NCBI GenBank assembly: GCA_946965045.2
Contig: OX337228.1
Location: forward strand, 5,642,001 to 5,706,000
DNA length: 64,000 bases
Reading direction: 5' to 3'
DNA from: Epithemia pelagica
Lineage: Eukaryota; Protista; Bacillariophyta
Shown: in pieces, positions 52,515-64,000 of the stretch
How the letters are laid out: each line of letters opens with the position of its first letter
Numbering within the stretch: the first letter of the stretch is position 1
Translations under genes and position numbers: made by a program
The notes under the pieces: generated by a model
Told to the model about the DNA's origin: nothing
Seen by the model: the letters and a program-made list of their open reading frames with translations, nothing else
Databases searched by the model: none

Positions 52515-54626
52515 CTATCCCTCATCTTCGAACAACTCGTCCAGAACCGAGACCGCCTTTTCCGCATAGAACCGGACATCTCTGTCGTCATCGTCCATCA
52601 GAAGGTTGAGCACAGGCAAAACTTGGGACTCATAAGCGTTGACACCACATACAGGTGTCATACTTTGCAACTCTTTCGCTACATTGAATCGGATATTTGG
52701 CACAATGTCGGATGCCATCTCTAGAACCAAGGGAAGGACATGAAGCCGTGCCGCATCATGATCCATCTTTGTGGCCATCACAGAGCACGCCTGGAGTGCG
52801 GTCAAACGTCGAAGATAAGATTCATGAGTTCGAATATCGACAATAGATGGAAGCAAAAACTTTGTAGCCCATTCAGTACCAAAAAGCGCTGTGAGTTCTC
52901 CAAGATTGGTCGCAGCTGCATGTCGTATTGTGGCAATATCATCCCCAAGCCATCCAACGCACATCGACGCCAGCTTCTCCGTGAAGAAATCTCTCCCCAG
53001 CTGCTTTGCCAGCAACGGGATGTGCTGTATGATTGCTATTCGAATTCTCCACTTTCCGTCCTGTGCTAGGTCAAGAATTGCAGGAAGCAATGACTGGGAA
53101 AGCAGATCTACACCAATCACCTCATTCAGAGCTGAAAGCGACGAGATAAGATTTAGTCGGACTTCAGACGCTGCATCACGTAAAAGCAACAAGATGGGTG
53201 GAACCAAGTGCGTAATGGTTGCGTCTTTACCAAGGATTGGTGCTAGCTCTGTGGCGACCATGGCAAGTGCTGCTCGGACATGTTCACTATCATCTTCTGT
53301 CAAACTTGTTACCCGTTTCACCAAACGCTCAGCTACTGACACCCTTGGACCTGCCATGTAAGCATCATTATCGCCATCTTGAGGTGGTCTATTTACCGGT
53401 GGCATGGGTACCCTTGCCTTACATTTCGCAACGTAGGCCAAGTTAAATGTGGCTGCAGTTCGAACTTCAGCCTCGGGGTCTTGCAAAAGTTTTTCATACG
53501 CTGGGACCAGTGAGTCCATAGCGTCCGGTAGTTGATCGTATGCAGTAATGACGTTTGCGAACTTGGCAGCCGCTGTCCAGCGAACACGCCAAGAGCGATC
53601 ATCAATGGTGGCAACCACCAAGGGCAATATCCTTTGCAACAAAGCAATTTCTGAAGGCCGTAACATACCCTGACCGGAGATTTCACTCATAACTTCTCCA
53701 AATACAACACAATTTGCTGTCGTTTGCAGCCTTACGGAGTCGGGCTGATCTGTCGAGGCAAACTGTTCAAACAGTGGTACAAGGGAGGTGAAAACAACAC
53801 CGTTTTCATCCAATGCTGAGCGACCCAATACTTTCCAAACGTTCATCACCATTGTTCCCAGATATTGGGCCGCAACTCTACGAACCATAGGAGTGTCGTC
53901 CTTACATAATCGAGTAAAGTTGTTCAACTGGTCACGTTGCAGGGCGGGTGTCGAAATTTTTGTGTATGCGGAAGAAATAAGACCTGCGGCAGATATTCGG
54001 GCAGTGAACCATTCTTTCTGCGCCAGTCGTCCAAGCATTTCTACATAGCTGGACAAGAAAGCCTCGAGAGGCAATTGCTCCGATATCGATCGAGCACTCA
54101 TTGACGCGGCTTCTCGGACAGAGTTTTCCTCGACGGTCAACAGCAACTCCAGTGGCTGCAACAACAAATGGGCGTGGCTTGGACCCCCAACAGAGTCCAC
54201 CATACGGCCAAGCGATTTTCCCAAGGCCAGCAAAACCTCGTCTTCATCGTCAACGCCTTCTGTTATGAAAGGCAACAATTCCTAACGGCCAAACGAAAAC
54301 TAATGGTCAAATCCTGCTTACTCCTATCACAAACATGTTCGGACAATACAGACAAACAAACTTACATTTCGGGTACGTTCCTCACCCAAGACAAGGGCAA
54401 CGGAGTCCAATCGATTAGCGGCCGCGACGCGATTCGCAACATCGTTATGATGAAGCATTTCAATCGCTTGTCGAGCCTCCTCTTCTTTCGACATGGTTGC
54501 CGGAATAACATGCGTTGTTCGACCAGCTCCCATCACATTCGAGGGCGACGCCGGAGGTTTGGGGCCTCCGTCAATAGGATCAACGTCCATTCCATCAATT
54601 TCCATTGGTGATGTTGGTACCGACAT
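52515..54626 (-). CDS. PP2AA: Protein phosphatase 2A scaffold subunit A (HEAT repeats), 2 exons
   Basis: Exons 54626-54366 and 54281-52515, intron 54365-54282. ERTRN-ELLPF..DDEDEVLLAL, DDTPMVRR, DKSW-like DRSWRVR, DGKWRIR and DDDRDVRFYA. Confidence 0.96.
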
Positions 54627-55134
54627 TATCCCAGAAGAGATTCAGGTACAGGTAACAGTCTATTATACCCTTTTTAGGTTGTTGATTGAACGACAGGTGC
54701 TTGCGGACAAAAATTCAAAATTACCCCTCTTCTTCTTACTCTGCCCTGGAAGCAAAGTTGTGAATGCTGCAACGGAAGGACTTATTCTTCGTCCCTAGAG
54801 CAGGCAGAATGAGAGAGATACGACGTCGAAGTGCTCCAATTATCGTTTTTGTCGTCTTTGGGTCGAGGCGATGGACTTTGAATTTGTCTATGGTACATGT
54901 GGTCCAAAAAGCGCATTATGTTTTTGATGTTGGAGCTCGGAGCACGGAACGCCAGCCAGCCCCGTCCGACATTTTTTCTCACCGCGGACGCGGACCGGGT
55001 TTGGTCCGTTCCATCGAAAATGGGAAAGGTAACTGTAAGGTACTGGAACTGGAGTTGGATGACAAGAGGGATTAGTGGCAGCAGACAGACGACAGTTGTT
55101 TTACGACGCTGCAAACACTCACCAACTAAAAATC

Positions 55135-56790
55135 ATGGCTTCCTTCGTCTTTGGTTCGACTGCAGCAACGACCCCTACTCCTGCTGCGCCTGGTGCATTC
55201 AGCTTTGGTGGCCCCTCTCCTGCACCAGCTGCTGGTGGTGGATTTGGTTTTGGAGGAAATGCAGGTTCTACCGCTCCTGCCCCACAAGCCCCCACTCCGG
55301 CTGCTGGAGGTTTCTCGTTTGGTGGTACCAGTGCCACTAATAATCCGGCCGGTACCTCTGCGGCTCCATCGGGGTTTTCGTTCGGTGCACCCTCCACCAA
55401 TGCTCCTGCGACGGGGGGAGGGTTTTCGTTTGGTGCCCCGGGGACGACAGGGGCAGCGACACCAACAACGAGTGCTCCTAGTTCTGGACTCTTTGGTGCC
55501 AACCCTACTACTCAACCAACTGCAGCTCCTGCAACTGGATTTGGGTTCTCGCTCGCGGCTCCTGCAACTGGTGGAGCCCCCGCAGCACCTGCACCATTTT
55601 CGTTTGCTGGTGCGGGTGGCGGAGCAACCAGCACTGGTCTGGGCTTTGGGCAACCCGGCACGCCAACGAATCCAGCTGTTCCTGGGGGTGCTCCTCCTCC
55701 CAATCTCGTTACTGGGAAAACTCCCTATAGCTCCCTCCCCCCAGAGTACCAGAAAGCGATTGATGCGATCCATGAGGCAATGATGAAACACAAACGTAGC
55801 CTAATGCACGTTCAAGCAATGGGGCCTCAGGGATTGATGCTGTCCAGCAACGAACAGGCCCTTCCTTCCAAGCTAAAAAAGTTGCAGCAGAGCTTGAATG
55901 TCTTGCAACAAAATGTGGAAAGTTTGATGGCTGTAGCTGCTGCACAACGGGAAGAAGATCGTAAAGTGATGGAACAAACCTACATGTATGCCAAATGGCC
56001 TACGGAAGCCATGGCGGCGAGGAGAGGGGTACGGTTTACTCAAGCAGAAGAGAAAAAGGAGCATGATCCAGATCTCCGAACTGAAATACGCGAAATGCTG
56101 GAACAGCAGTTGGCCTATGTGGACCGTATTGAGCGAATGCCCAGTCCTTATCTATGGCAGACCTTGGACAAGTTGTCCCAACGTCTTCAATCTCTTTCGA
56201 AATACATTGTGACCGTTGGCGCGCAGCTCGAAAGCTCCAAGTCATTGGAAAATTCCGATGTTGTCAATCTGGAAAGTATTGTGGACAATCAAGACCAATT
56301 CATCTACGCTGTTAGAACCCGAATTCATAGAATTCATCGTGCCATGGACAAATTGCGAACGACGTACAATAAGTTTGAAACAATGGACAATGTACTGGAA
56401 AAGGCACAGCTCGAAGAGTGGAATCACCGAAAAGAAATTGAAGAGCAGATTCAAATGCAGTTACTTCGATCGGCGGGCTCTGAGTCAACGACCTTGGGAG
56501 CAACAACGACTACTACCACCACCACAGCACCAAACCTGGCCATTGCACCTGCTGCACCGCTGGCTCCACCCGCGTTTGGAGCGAGTGCAGCTCCCACTCC
56601 TGCAACTCCTGCTCCAGCATTTTCGTTTGCCGCTGGGCCTGCTCCTCCGGCACCTTCGTTTGGAGCAGCACCAGCCGTTGGGTTGTCCACGACGCCCAGT
56701 TTTGGGGCCGCCAAAACCCCGGCACCGACAGTCACCACGACACCCAAGAAAAAGAGTTCTTCGCGCAGCAGCAGTCGTTCGCGGCGATAG
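55135..56790 (+). CDS. FG-repeat nucleoporin, Nup58-like
   Basis: FG/FSFG repeats at both termini flank a central coiled-coil region, as in Nup58. Confidence 0.78.
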   Translation: MASFVFGSTAATTPTPAAPGAFSFGGPSPAPAAGGGFGFGGNAGSTAPAPQAPTPAAGGFSFGGTSATNNPAGTSAAPSGFSFGAPSTNAPATGGGFSFGAPGTTGAATPTTSAPSSGLFGANPTTQPTAAPATGFGFSLAAPATGGAPAAPAPFSFAGAGGGATSTGLGFGQPGTPTNPAVPGGAPPPNLVTGKTPYSSLPPEYQKAIDAIHEAMMKHKRSLMHVQAMGPQGLMLSSNEQALPSKLKKLQQSLNVLQQNVESLMAVAAAQREEDRKVMEQTYMYAKWPTEAMAARRGVRFTQAEEKKEHDPDLRTEIREMLEQQLAYVDRIERMPSPYLWQTLDKLSQRLQSLSKYIVTVGAQLESSKSLENSDVVNLESIVDNQDQFIYAVRTRIHRIHRAMDKLRTTYNKFETMDNVLEKAQLEEWNHRKEIEEQIQMQLLRSAGSESTTLGATTTTTTTTAPNLAIAPAAPLAPPAFGASAAPTPATPAPAFSFAAGPAPPAPSFGAAPAVGLSTTPSFGAAKTPAPTVTTTPKKKSSSRSSSRSRR

Positions 56791-56916
56791 AAATGACTAA
56801 CTTTGCCAATTTTTGGTCAATTGGATCACCCCGTAGAACGAAGTGCCACTAATGTCAATAAACCAGACTGCGATCTGGATAGAACGGACTAATCTGGAAT
56901 GCCATTGTCTCTTGTT

Positions 56917-57990
56917 TCACGTAGTCGAGAAAAAGCGTGGTGTTCTTGGCTTGACACCTTCTCGAAGGTACGGATGATCCAGCGCTTCTCCAGCTTTCAT
57001 CCGACGTTCCGGATCCAGCGTTAGGAGTCTTTCAAGCAAATCATATCCGTTAGGATCAAGAAACGTTTGATTTGTGGATAGTGGAGAGTTTATCGGGAAC
57101 ATTTGGGGAAGAAGGATTTCCTCTTTCCGGGGTTTCCACCGCATGAGACGTGAGCTTGGAAGTTTCTCAAAGGATGGCCATGATTCGGCGTTGGGTACTC
57201 CGACAAGAGAAAAAATCTGATCAATTTGATCCAGTTCGCCCTCTCCCTTGAGTGGGGCATCTTTGCGGATTAGTTCACCAAAGATGCATCCGATGCTCCA
57301 CATGTCAACCGGTGGTCCATAGTAGGTTTCCCCGAACAGTAGCTCTGGTGCTCGGTACCAAAGAGTGACTACGAGTTGCGTTAACGCACGAGGAGGGTTG
57401 GTGTACTGACGCGCCAGTCCAAAATCAGCTATTGCGATGCGCCCAGTTCTGTGGACCAGAATGTTGGATGTTTTCATATCACGGTGAATGTACCATGCAT
57501 TGTGGATGTGTGCCATGCCAGACAGAATTTGTTGCATGATTCCCTTTAGTTCTGACTGAAACAGTGCGCCCTCGAATCTTTCAATGCCTTCTTTGAGATC
57601 AAAATCATAATATTCCATCACCATATAAACCTTTTGAAAAGATTTTGCAACGACAATTTCTTTGACAGAAACAATAGATTCGTGGCTTAGAGCCATCAGT
57701 ACATTGATTTCACGGAGAGCAATGACGGGAAAGCCTTCTTTTTTCTCACCAACATCAAATTTGATTTCTTTTAGTGCAGCTGTAGAACCTGTTGCGAGGT
57801 CACGAGCCTTCCACACAACCCCATAGGTGCCCTCGCTGAGTCGACCAATTTGTTCGTACGTATCATAGACGGAACGGCATCCATGGATCAGAGGATTGTG
57901 CGAGGGAGGAGCACGATTCGTTTCATCTTTGACATTTCGTCGCTTCTTTTCACTGGATTTGCTGGCAGACCAACGATTGCGTTTTCCCAT
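56917..57990 (-). CDS. Cyclin-dependent kinase, CDK10/11 (PITSLRE)-like
   Basis: SEGTYGVVWKA, EGFPVIALREIN, HRDMKTSN, DFGLAR and VVTLWYRAPELL. Confidence 0.92.
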   Translation of the reverse strand: MGKRNRWSASKSSEKKRRNVKDETNRAPPSHNPLIHGCRSVYDTYEQIGRLSEGTYGVVWKARDLATGSTAALKEIKFDVGEKKEGFPVIALREINVLMALSHESIVSVKEIVVAKSFQKVYMVMEYYDFDLKEGIERFEGALFQSELKGIMQQILSGMAHIHNAWYIHRDMKTSNILVHRTGRIAIADFGLARQYTNPPRALTQLVVTLWYRAPELLFGETYYGPPVDMWSIGCIFGELIRKDAPLKGEGELDQIDQIFSLVGVPNAESWPSFEKLPSSRLMRWKPRKEEILLPQMFPINSPLSTNQTFLDPNGYDLLERLLTLDPERRMKAGEALDHPYLREGVKPRTPRFFSTT

Positions 57991-58153
57991 GGTGGATCAC
58001 AAACAAAGTGGTTGGACGGCACTTTTGCCTCCGATGAGATCAACGATAAGATTAGTCGCGCATGGATCGCTGTGTGGTTCATCTATCATCATTGGCTAAT
58101 TTTCACAAAATCGAGAACGACGATGGACGTGTCTCGATGTTGTCTAGAAGAGT

Positions 58154-59384
58154 ATGGGCAAGAAGAAATCTGGGAACAACAAGAAAAACAAGTCCAAGCC
58201 AACAAATGGGGGAGATTCAGGAGGTCAAAAACCAAACAAGAAGGAACCTGCTGATAGCTCGTCGGCAAATTCAAAGTATGGCAATACCAAGAAGGGCAAG
58301 TCCAAGAGACAACGAAATAATGGTGCATCCAAAGGGGATTACAACTGCCAGCTAAGACAACTCATTGAAGCCGATGGGAAAAAGAGTGTCATTGAAATGT
58401 CAGCCGATGGGAATTGTTTGTTTCGATCACTTTCGGATCAGCTTTTTCATGATTATGGCAACAACCACGAAGAAGTGAGGGCCGACATTTGTGACTATTT
58501 AGAGCATTATGAGGAAGACTTCAGTGTATTTCTGGTGTTGGATGAAGACGAAGAGGACGAAGACGCTGCCAGCTATGAGCAGTATGTGGAAAATATGAGA
58601 CAACCAAGCGAATGGGGTACGGGATCATCATTTCTTAGCTGCTAGCTATTTGTCATTTGCGACCGGTTCTCACGTACTGTGAACAAACACACTGTTTTTG
58701 TCCATCTCTCTCGTAGGAGGGAACGTTGAGCTTGTTGCTGCTGCTCGTCTTTATCGGTAAGTGTTCTATTTGCGACAAAGTTTCTCACGACCAACACGCT
58801 CGGCCTAACAGGAACGTACTAGGCGTAACATTACAGTTTACTCGGCGTCGCTGGATGCGTTCACAATCGACCATGGACATGAAACCAAAGGACCTGCAGG
58901 GCCCACTTTGCTTCTGAGTTATCACGACAATGATCACTACAACAGTGTACGTGAACATGGGACTACAAAGCCGCCACCGCCCATCAAGACGTTTGTCAAG
59001 CAAGGTGCCGCAGAACAGAAGGCAAGGGCAGCTCAAACAGAAACTTGTTTGAGTGATTTGCCCACGTATGAAGACAGTGATAATGAGCAGCAACAACAAC
59101 AAGAAGATGCCAATAAAGAGTCTTTGGCTGAGGATGTGGAAGGGAAATCTTTGACTGAGAATGTGGAAAGTGCTCGGATAAGGAGCAAGCAGCCCAAGAA
59201 AAGTACACCTTGTCCCTGTGGGAGTGGGCTCCGATACAAAAAATGTTGCTGGGTCAAGGAGAACAAAAAGGGACCTGCTCAATGCAAGAAAGTGAAACAC
59301 GAAGAAGAAGAAGACACGGAACCAGTCGATGGTGAGTCGGCGAGCAATTCTGTGCAAGGAGATTTCCGTGTCATGAAGATATGA
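58154..59384 (+). CDS. OTU-family deubiquitinase with SEC-C motif (OTUD3-like), 3 exons
   Basis: Exons 58154-58616, 58717-58756 and 58823-59384. DGNCLFRSLSDQ, EWG-GNVELVAAA, LSYHDNDHYNSVR and CPCGSGLRYKKCC. Confidence 0.9.
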
Positions 59385-59504
59385 CGACTGCTAGCCTATG
59401 ATAGTCACAACAGTTCCACATTGGAGCTGTTCAGAGTCCTTACACACAATCACTGTTTGATGTATCAATCACAATGACTAGATTACAACCTTGACGTCTA
59501 CCTT

Positions 59505-61613
59505 CTACGACTCTTGTCCCGCCTGGTGAGCCTCGAGGACTTGAAGTGCCTCCGAGATCTTAGCATTGAGTGCATCCGGACTTTCCAACAAATGTAGCAA
59601 TTCGGAGTTGTCCATTTCCAGCAACATTCCTGTAATCTTGCCAGCCAACTCCGGTTGAGACTGGTGAATAAGAGGGTACAAACGTTCCCCAATCATGTTC
59701 TTCTGCATTTCTGGAGTGGCGGAAGCCAATGCAGATGCCGTGAGTGCTCCTTCGTGAGAGGGTGCGGCCGGTCCACCAGCAGGAGGTTGGTTTTGTTGGG
59801 GAGGCGGCGGTGGCGGAGGGGGAGCCTGTTGATTCGGCATGGGCCCTCCAGCGTTTCGCGCCTGCTGGTTGAACTTGATCGGCTGGAAGCCAGGTCCTCC
59901 TTGTTGTTGCTGCATGGGTCCACCACGTCCACGTCCGCCTCCACGTCCCTGAATGGGTCCACGTCCCCTTCCAGGCTGCTGGGGCATGACACCATACGGC
60001 ACCGGATATCCCCCTCTCCCTTGTTGCCCCATCATTGGGTAGCCTCGTTGTTGAGGAACACCCCGACCACCCCCTTGTGGCCCTCCCATCATTTGCGGCA
60101 TCATGGGATAGGCTGGCTGCATACCTCCCGGTCCAGGCCGTTGCATATACATGGGCATACCAGGGTATCCCATGGGTCCACCCATGGGTGGCGCACGCAT
60201 CATACCTGGTTGGCCTGGGTTGTTGGGGCCACCGACCCGATTCGCGTGCTGAGCTTCCAATTGGGCCCGACGAACTTCCCGACGTTGTGCGACAGCCACG
60301 AAAATCGGTTTGTTGGCAATGAGCTTGCCACTCATTTCGTTGACGGCACGATTGGCTTCTTCAGGTGTCGAAAAACAGACAAATCCAAAACCGCGAGACC
60401 TACCGTCCTTCATATCCTTCATAACACGAGCCGAAGTGATGGTTCCCATGGCCGAAAACTCCTCGCGCAACATGTCGTCAGTCACCGTATCGTCCAAGTT
60501 CTTGACGTACAGGTTGACTCCTTGAAACTTTGAAATTCGGTCCATTTTCTCCGCCTCAAATTTGGCACGAAGCTCACGCTCACGTTCCGCCTTCTTCTGA
60601 GCTCGACCCACATAGAGTTCTTGTTCCACCTCTTCACCGTTGACTTTCGTCGAGTACTTCTTGCCGTTCAAGGCTTCCACAGCGGCCGCAGCCGCCTCAT
60701 GTTCGGCAAAGTTGACAAAGCCGTATCCCAAACTCTGAATGGGCGTTTCCTTTTTCTCATTCCCCTCTTCGTTTTCCTTCGTATCCGATGGTTGTTGTTC
60801 CGCATCGGGGGTATCCTCCGCCTCCTTCTTGGCAGCAGCCGGGGGCCTCGGCGTCCCCTGTGCAATGGAGGCACTCACGACTTCTCCAAACTGCTCAAAC
60901 TCCTTCTTGAAGCGATCATCGTCCCACTCGGTCGGAATGTTCTTGACGTAGCAGTTGGTCCAGGAGTTGACATCGGGGCGATCGTTGCGGCGCATGAAAT
61001 TTCCCACCTGCACCTCCTGACCATCAATGAGCATACCATCGAGCTTTTCAATGGCCGCATTGGCCGCTTCCGCCGTTTCATAATGAACGTAACCATAGCC
61101 TTTGGACTTTCCCGTCTCGCGATCCGTGACAACCTTACACGAGAGAATGTTGCCAAAGAGGGAAAAGGTATCGTACAATTGCTTGTTGTCGATGGACTCG
61201 TGCAAGTTCTTGACAAAAATGTTGCCCACGCCCGACTTGCGCAAGGAGGGATCCCGCTGACTCCACATGATCCGGCAGGGTTTGCCCTTGATCATGGAAA
61301 AGTTCATGGTATCGAGGGCCCGTTCGGCGTCGGGCAACTGATGAAAGTTGACATAGGCATAGCCCAAGGAGCGCCGCGTCACGGCATCGCGACACACGCG
61401 AATCGACGCCACCGGACCCACCGCACTAAAGATTTCGTACAACAAGGACTCGTTCACGTCGGGAGCCAAGTCGCCGACGTACAGAGAAGGCGTGTGGAAG
61501 GAGCCACCTTCGCTGGTCAAAGGACCCGTCGAAGCCAAGTTGCTGGGGGCGGGAGGCGCCTCGGTGGGTTCCGGGTTGGAAACATCCGCAGGAATGGGAG
61601 CAGGAGCGGCCAT
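59505..61613 (-). CDS. PABP: Cytoplasmic poly(A)-binding protein
   Basis: Four RRMs (SLYVGDL, SLGYAYVNF, KGYGYVHY, RGFGFVCF) and a C-terminal MLLE domain (GKITGMLLEMD). Confidence 0.98.
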   Translation of the reverse strand: MAAPAPIPADVSNPEPTEAPPAPSNLASTGPLTSEGGSFHTPSLYVGDLAPDVNESLLYEIFSAVGPVASIRVCRDAVTRRSLGYAYVNFHQLPDAERALDTMNFSMIKGKPCRIMWSQRDPSLRKSGVGNIFVKNLHESIDNKQLYDTFSLFGNILSCKVVTDRETGKSKGYGYVHYETAEAANAAIEKLDGMLIDGQEVQVGNFMRRNDRPDVNSWTNCYVKNIPTEWDDDRFKKEFEQFGEVVSASIAQGTPRPPAAAKKEAEDTPDAEQQPSDTKENEEGNEKKETPIQSLGYGFVNFAEHEAAAAAVEALNGKKYSTKVNGEEVEQELYVGRAQKKAERERELRAKFEAEKMDRISKFQGVNLYVKNLDDTVTDDMLREEFSAMGTITSARVMKDMKDGRSRGFGFVCFSTPEEANRAVNEMSGKLIANKPIFVAVAQRREVRRAQLEAQHANRVGGPNNPGQPGMMRAPPMGGPMGYPGMPMYMQRPGPGGMQPAYPMMPQMMGGPQGGGRGVPQQRGYPMMGQQGRGGYPVPYGVMPQQPGRGRGPIQGRGGGRGRGGPMQQQQGGPGFQPIKFNQQARNAGGPMPNQQAPPPPPPPPQQNQPPAGGPAAPSHEGALTASALASATPEMQKNMIGERLYPLIHQSQPELAGKITGMLLEMDNSELLHLLESPDALNAKISEALQVLEAHQAGQES

Positions 61614-62291
61614 GGTATCAAATCAACAAAGGGGGAGGAGGGAAGCGACTTTCTAAAATCAAAAACAACCGACAACAAGAGAACACAGCCACCACAAAAT
61701 CTTAGTCTACGCAAACGGCAAACCCACACACACTTCAGGTTGGTTTGGGTTTCGTGGTTGAAGCGCACGGTGCGCTCGAGAGCCGCAAATTTCCCCTGCC
61801 GCAACTACGGACGTACGTGGCCCACACTGTCCACAAAGTAGTAGTACCGTTGCAACCGCCACCACCACCAATGATGGACCCTGTGTTGTTGGATCGACAA
61901 CGACAACACCAACACTTACTTTTTATAACTTTTTTTACGGTTGCAATGACACTTGCAACTCTTCTTACGAGTCCTTTCACACAGGGGCGAGAAAGGCACT
62001 TTTTTCTGGCAACAGCACACACAACGTCTTCCTCGTTCAAGAGACAAAGAAGAAGCAAAGCGAGATGTTGGTTTTTTGTGGCCGTGAACTGTGAACCGCG
62101 TAAGGCGTGAGGTGAGTGATCGCCAGTCGGTGGTCGCACGTCTGGTCGGACGCACACCGGCACGTTTTGGTCGCGGTAATATTGCATGCCATATCTTTGA
62201 GAGAGCAAACCCAATGAGACGATCCTGTTCGCACAAAGTACTCCTACCGATCATCAGAGAAGACAATTCGACGGGGACGACACCTTCGGCA

Positions 62292-63425
62292 ATGGTCGCA
62301 CTCATGCCGAAGATCAGTGTGTTACGTCTCACATGCTGGACATGGCTGGCGGTGGCCCTCATTTTCCCAGAAATCTTGGTCTCGGCATCAACCACTCCCT
62401 CCACGACAACCACGAGCCACTTGATTTTGGACCAATATGGCGATGCCGTGCAACTGCGACATGCACTCAATGCCGCGCAACAACAGGGTAGTTTTGTCAT
62501 GATCCTCCATGAACAATCTCGCGCCAGTGCCACGAATAGTGAGAAATTGTGGGTGATATCCACCACGGATCACGACGATACAGGCAACATGGACACGTGG
62601 ACGACGCACTTGCGATCTCGAGCGACACGGAGCCAAGCAGAGAGTGCCGTACAAAATGAACCAAGCACATTTCAACAAATTGGAACAATCTATCAAGGAC
62701 AATCGTTTTTTCTAAAGCCATTGGTATCCACTTTTTCGCACAGCTTTGAACAAGTGTCCTCATCGCTGGACCAGCAACAACATGCTCGTGTGGCCATGGT
62801 TTGCGTGGGAGTTCAGGCCGATGCCAAATGGCTGTGGGGTCGATTGAACGAATATGCCACAATGGTATGGGAGCTTTCCGACACTAGGCTGGAACTCCAG
62901 GGTATCCTGTCGTTTGTGTCGACCATCCTGTGTCGCAGTGCCATTCTCTATCCGCCCGTTCCCAATTCATATGGAGGCGTCTTGCGAGCCTTTTTGAAAC
63001 AATCCGAGTCTACCTTGGATATGAAAACAGCCGATTGGTCACGTCCCTTGGGAGTCTGTGCCATTGTTCTCGATTTGGCACGTCATCCCGTAGACCAAAG
63101 ACGATTGTACCGCATCGATCCTTCCGGCATGGTGGAACCCATCCTGGATGATTCCATCTTTTTGGGGAAATGGGGATCTACCATGGAAAGCTGGTGGGAG
63201 ACACATGTAGATCAACAACAAGCAGAAGATCCGGATCAGAGCTTTTTGGAGGAACAGCACCTTTGCACCCTCGTGGCTCGTGGCTTGACCCATGTCTTGG
63301 GCCATGAGGATCGTCTCCCACGGTTTCTGCGAATCGAACGCTGGGCGAATAATGGTGATTCATCATCCTCATCATCCAGGCAGATTGAACGACGTCTTGT
63401 AGCGCTCCAGAATGTACAACGGTGA
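62292..63425 (+). CDS. Divergent 20S proteasome alpha-subunit-like protein with N-terminal signal peptide
   Basis: DQYGDAVQLRHA (cf. FSPDGRLFQVEYA), CVGVQADAKWL (cf. GLTADAR.L), RPLGVCAIV (cf. RPFGVS) and LYRIDPSG. Hydrophobic N-terminus WTWLAVALIFPEILVSA. Confidence 0.65.
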   Translation: MVALMPKISVLRLTCWTWLAVALIFPEILVSASTTPSTTTTSHLILDQYGDAVQLRHALNAAQQQGSFVMILHEQSRASATNSEKLWVISTTDHDDTGNMDTWTTHLRSRATRSQAESAVQNEPSTFQQIGTIYQGQSFFLKPLVSTFSHSFEQVSSSLDQQQHARVAMVCVGVQADAKWLWGRLNEYATMVWELSDTRLELQGILSFVSTILCRSAILYPPVPNSYGGVLRAFLKQSESTLDMKTADWSRPLGVCAIVLDLARHPVDQRRLYRIDPSGMVEPILDDSIFLGKWGSTMESWWETHVDQQQAEDPDQSFLEEQHLCTLVARGLTHVLGHEDRLPRFLRIERWANNGDSSSSSSRQIERRLVALQNVQR

Positions 63426-63743
63426 TAATTATAAAAGGTTTCGTATCTCGCCCTTTCGTGGGGATTTGGAATCCAGCTACGGTTATTACTTCGAAATCTA
63501 GGGACTCCCTCCGACAGGTACTTCTAGAGGACAACGGACGTCTCCTTGCCCACGCCCACATAGCATAAAGTGGGGGCGGGTAGCTTTTCCTACCCCTCTT
63601 CTTAAGGTACGGGCCTTCGCCCTGTCGCATTGGTTAGAATTTGGTGAGCCCCCCCTATCCACAATCCTCATCGGCATTTTGACTTTTGGAGACGGGGTTC
63701 CATTGCAAGTGATATTGCAACGTAACAACAGTGGCATACTTCC

Positions 63744-64000
63744 ATGATTGTCAAGGGTTCCTTTGGGTGGTTTTTTCTCTGTACAGTTGCCTTATTTTGG
63801 CTGGAGCAGCAGCAATGTGGAGTGTTGGCCTTGTCTGGCGTAGTATCGGTCAAACCCGACAATGACGAATGCTATCGATTTCGGACACTGCCGTCCTGGC
63901 GCAAAGATATAAAGAGCAATCCACGTTATCTTTGGGGAAACTTTGAAGCCATCAATGACGAAATGTATGGCTCATCTGGTCCTGTTGTGGTCTTTCTCGC
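63744..64000 (+). CDS. Probable p24/emp24 GOLD-domain cargo receptor, 3'-partial
   Basis: Manual translation MIVKGSFGWFFLCTVALFW...SGVVSVKPDNDECYRF...LWGNFEAI gives a signal peptide plus a GOLD-like start. Open to the window end and missing from the ORF track. Confidence 0.55.
   Translation, partial: MIVKGSFGWFFLCTVALFWLEQQQCGVLALSGVVSVKPDNDECYRFRTLPSWRKDIKSNPRYLWGNFEAINDEMYGSSGPVVVFL

Overview
Gene-dense eukaryotic nuclear DNA, almost certainly from a diatom. Evidence: bipartite plastid-targeting presequences, short 56-99 bp GT-AG introns, a DUF6824 protein and diatom-type (CoDi-like) Ty1/copia elements. About 24 host genes are supported, including SNU13, SLBP, a plastid aminotransferase, an LRR protein, an Smr-UIM protein, CLEC16A-like, TL17-like, TRAPPC2L, METTL16, a START protein, RAB6, atlastin, CSN4, the PP2A A subunit, a Nup58-like protein, a CDK11-like kinase, an OTU protein, PABP, a signal-peptide-bearing proteasome-alpha-like protein and a partial p24. 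Three retroelements are present. (1) An intact copia at 10501-18884 (+) has 783-bp LTRs with no differences seen by eye, a GACTG target-site duplication and an extra ORF upstream of gag-pol. (2) This copia sits inside the RT ORF of a 3'-truncated DIRS/Ngaro-like element on the minus strand (~9696-23330). (3) A second copia lies at 36016-43089 (-) with 174-bp LTRs and a 4-bp TSD. Two signals stand out. Both copia primer-binding sites read as tRNA anticodon stem-loops ending at position 40 (Asn-GUU and Ile-GAU), which suggests priming by half-tRNAs. Two unrelated elements have pol in frame behind a single UGA followed by a stem-loop, which suggests programmed stop-codon readthrough. All pairings and alignments were done by eye, with no database searches.
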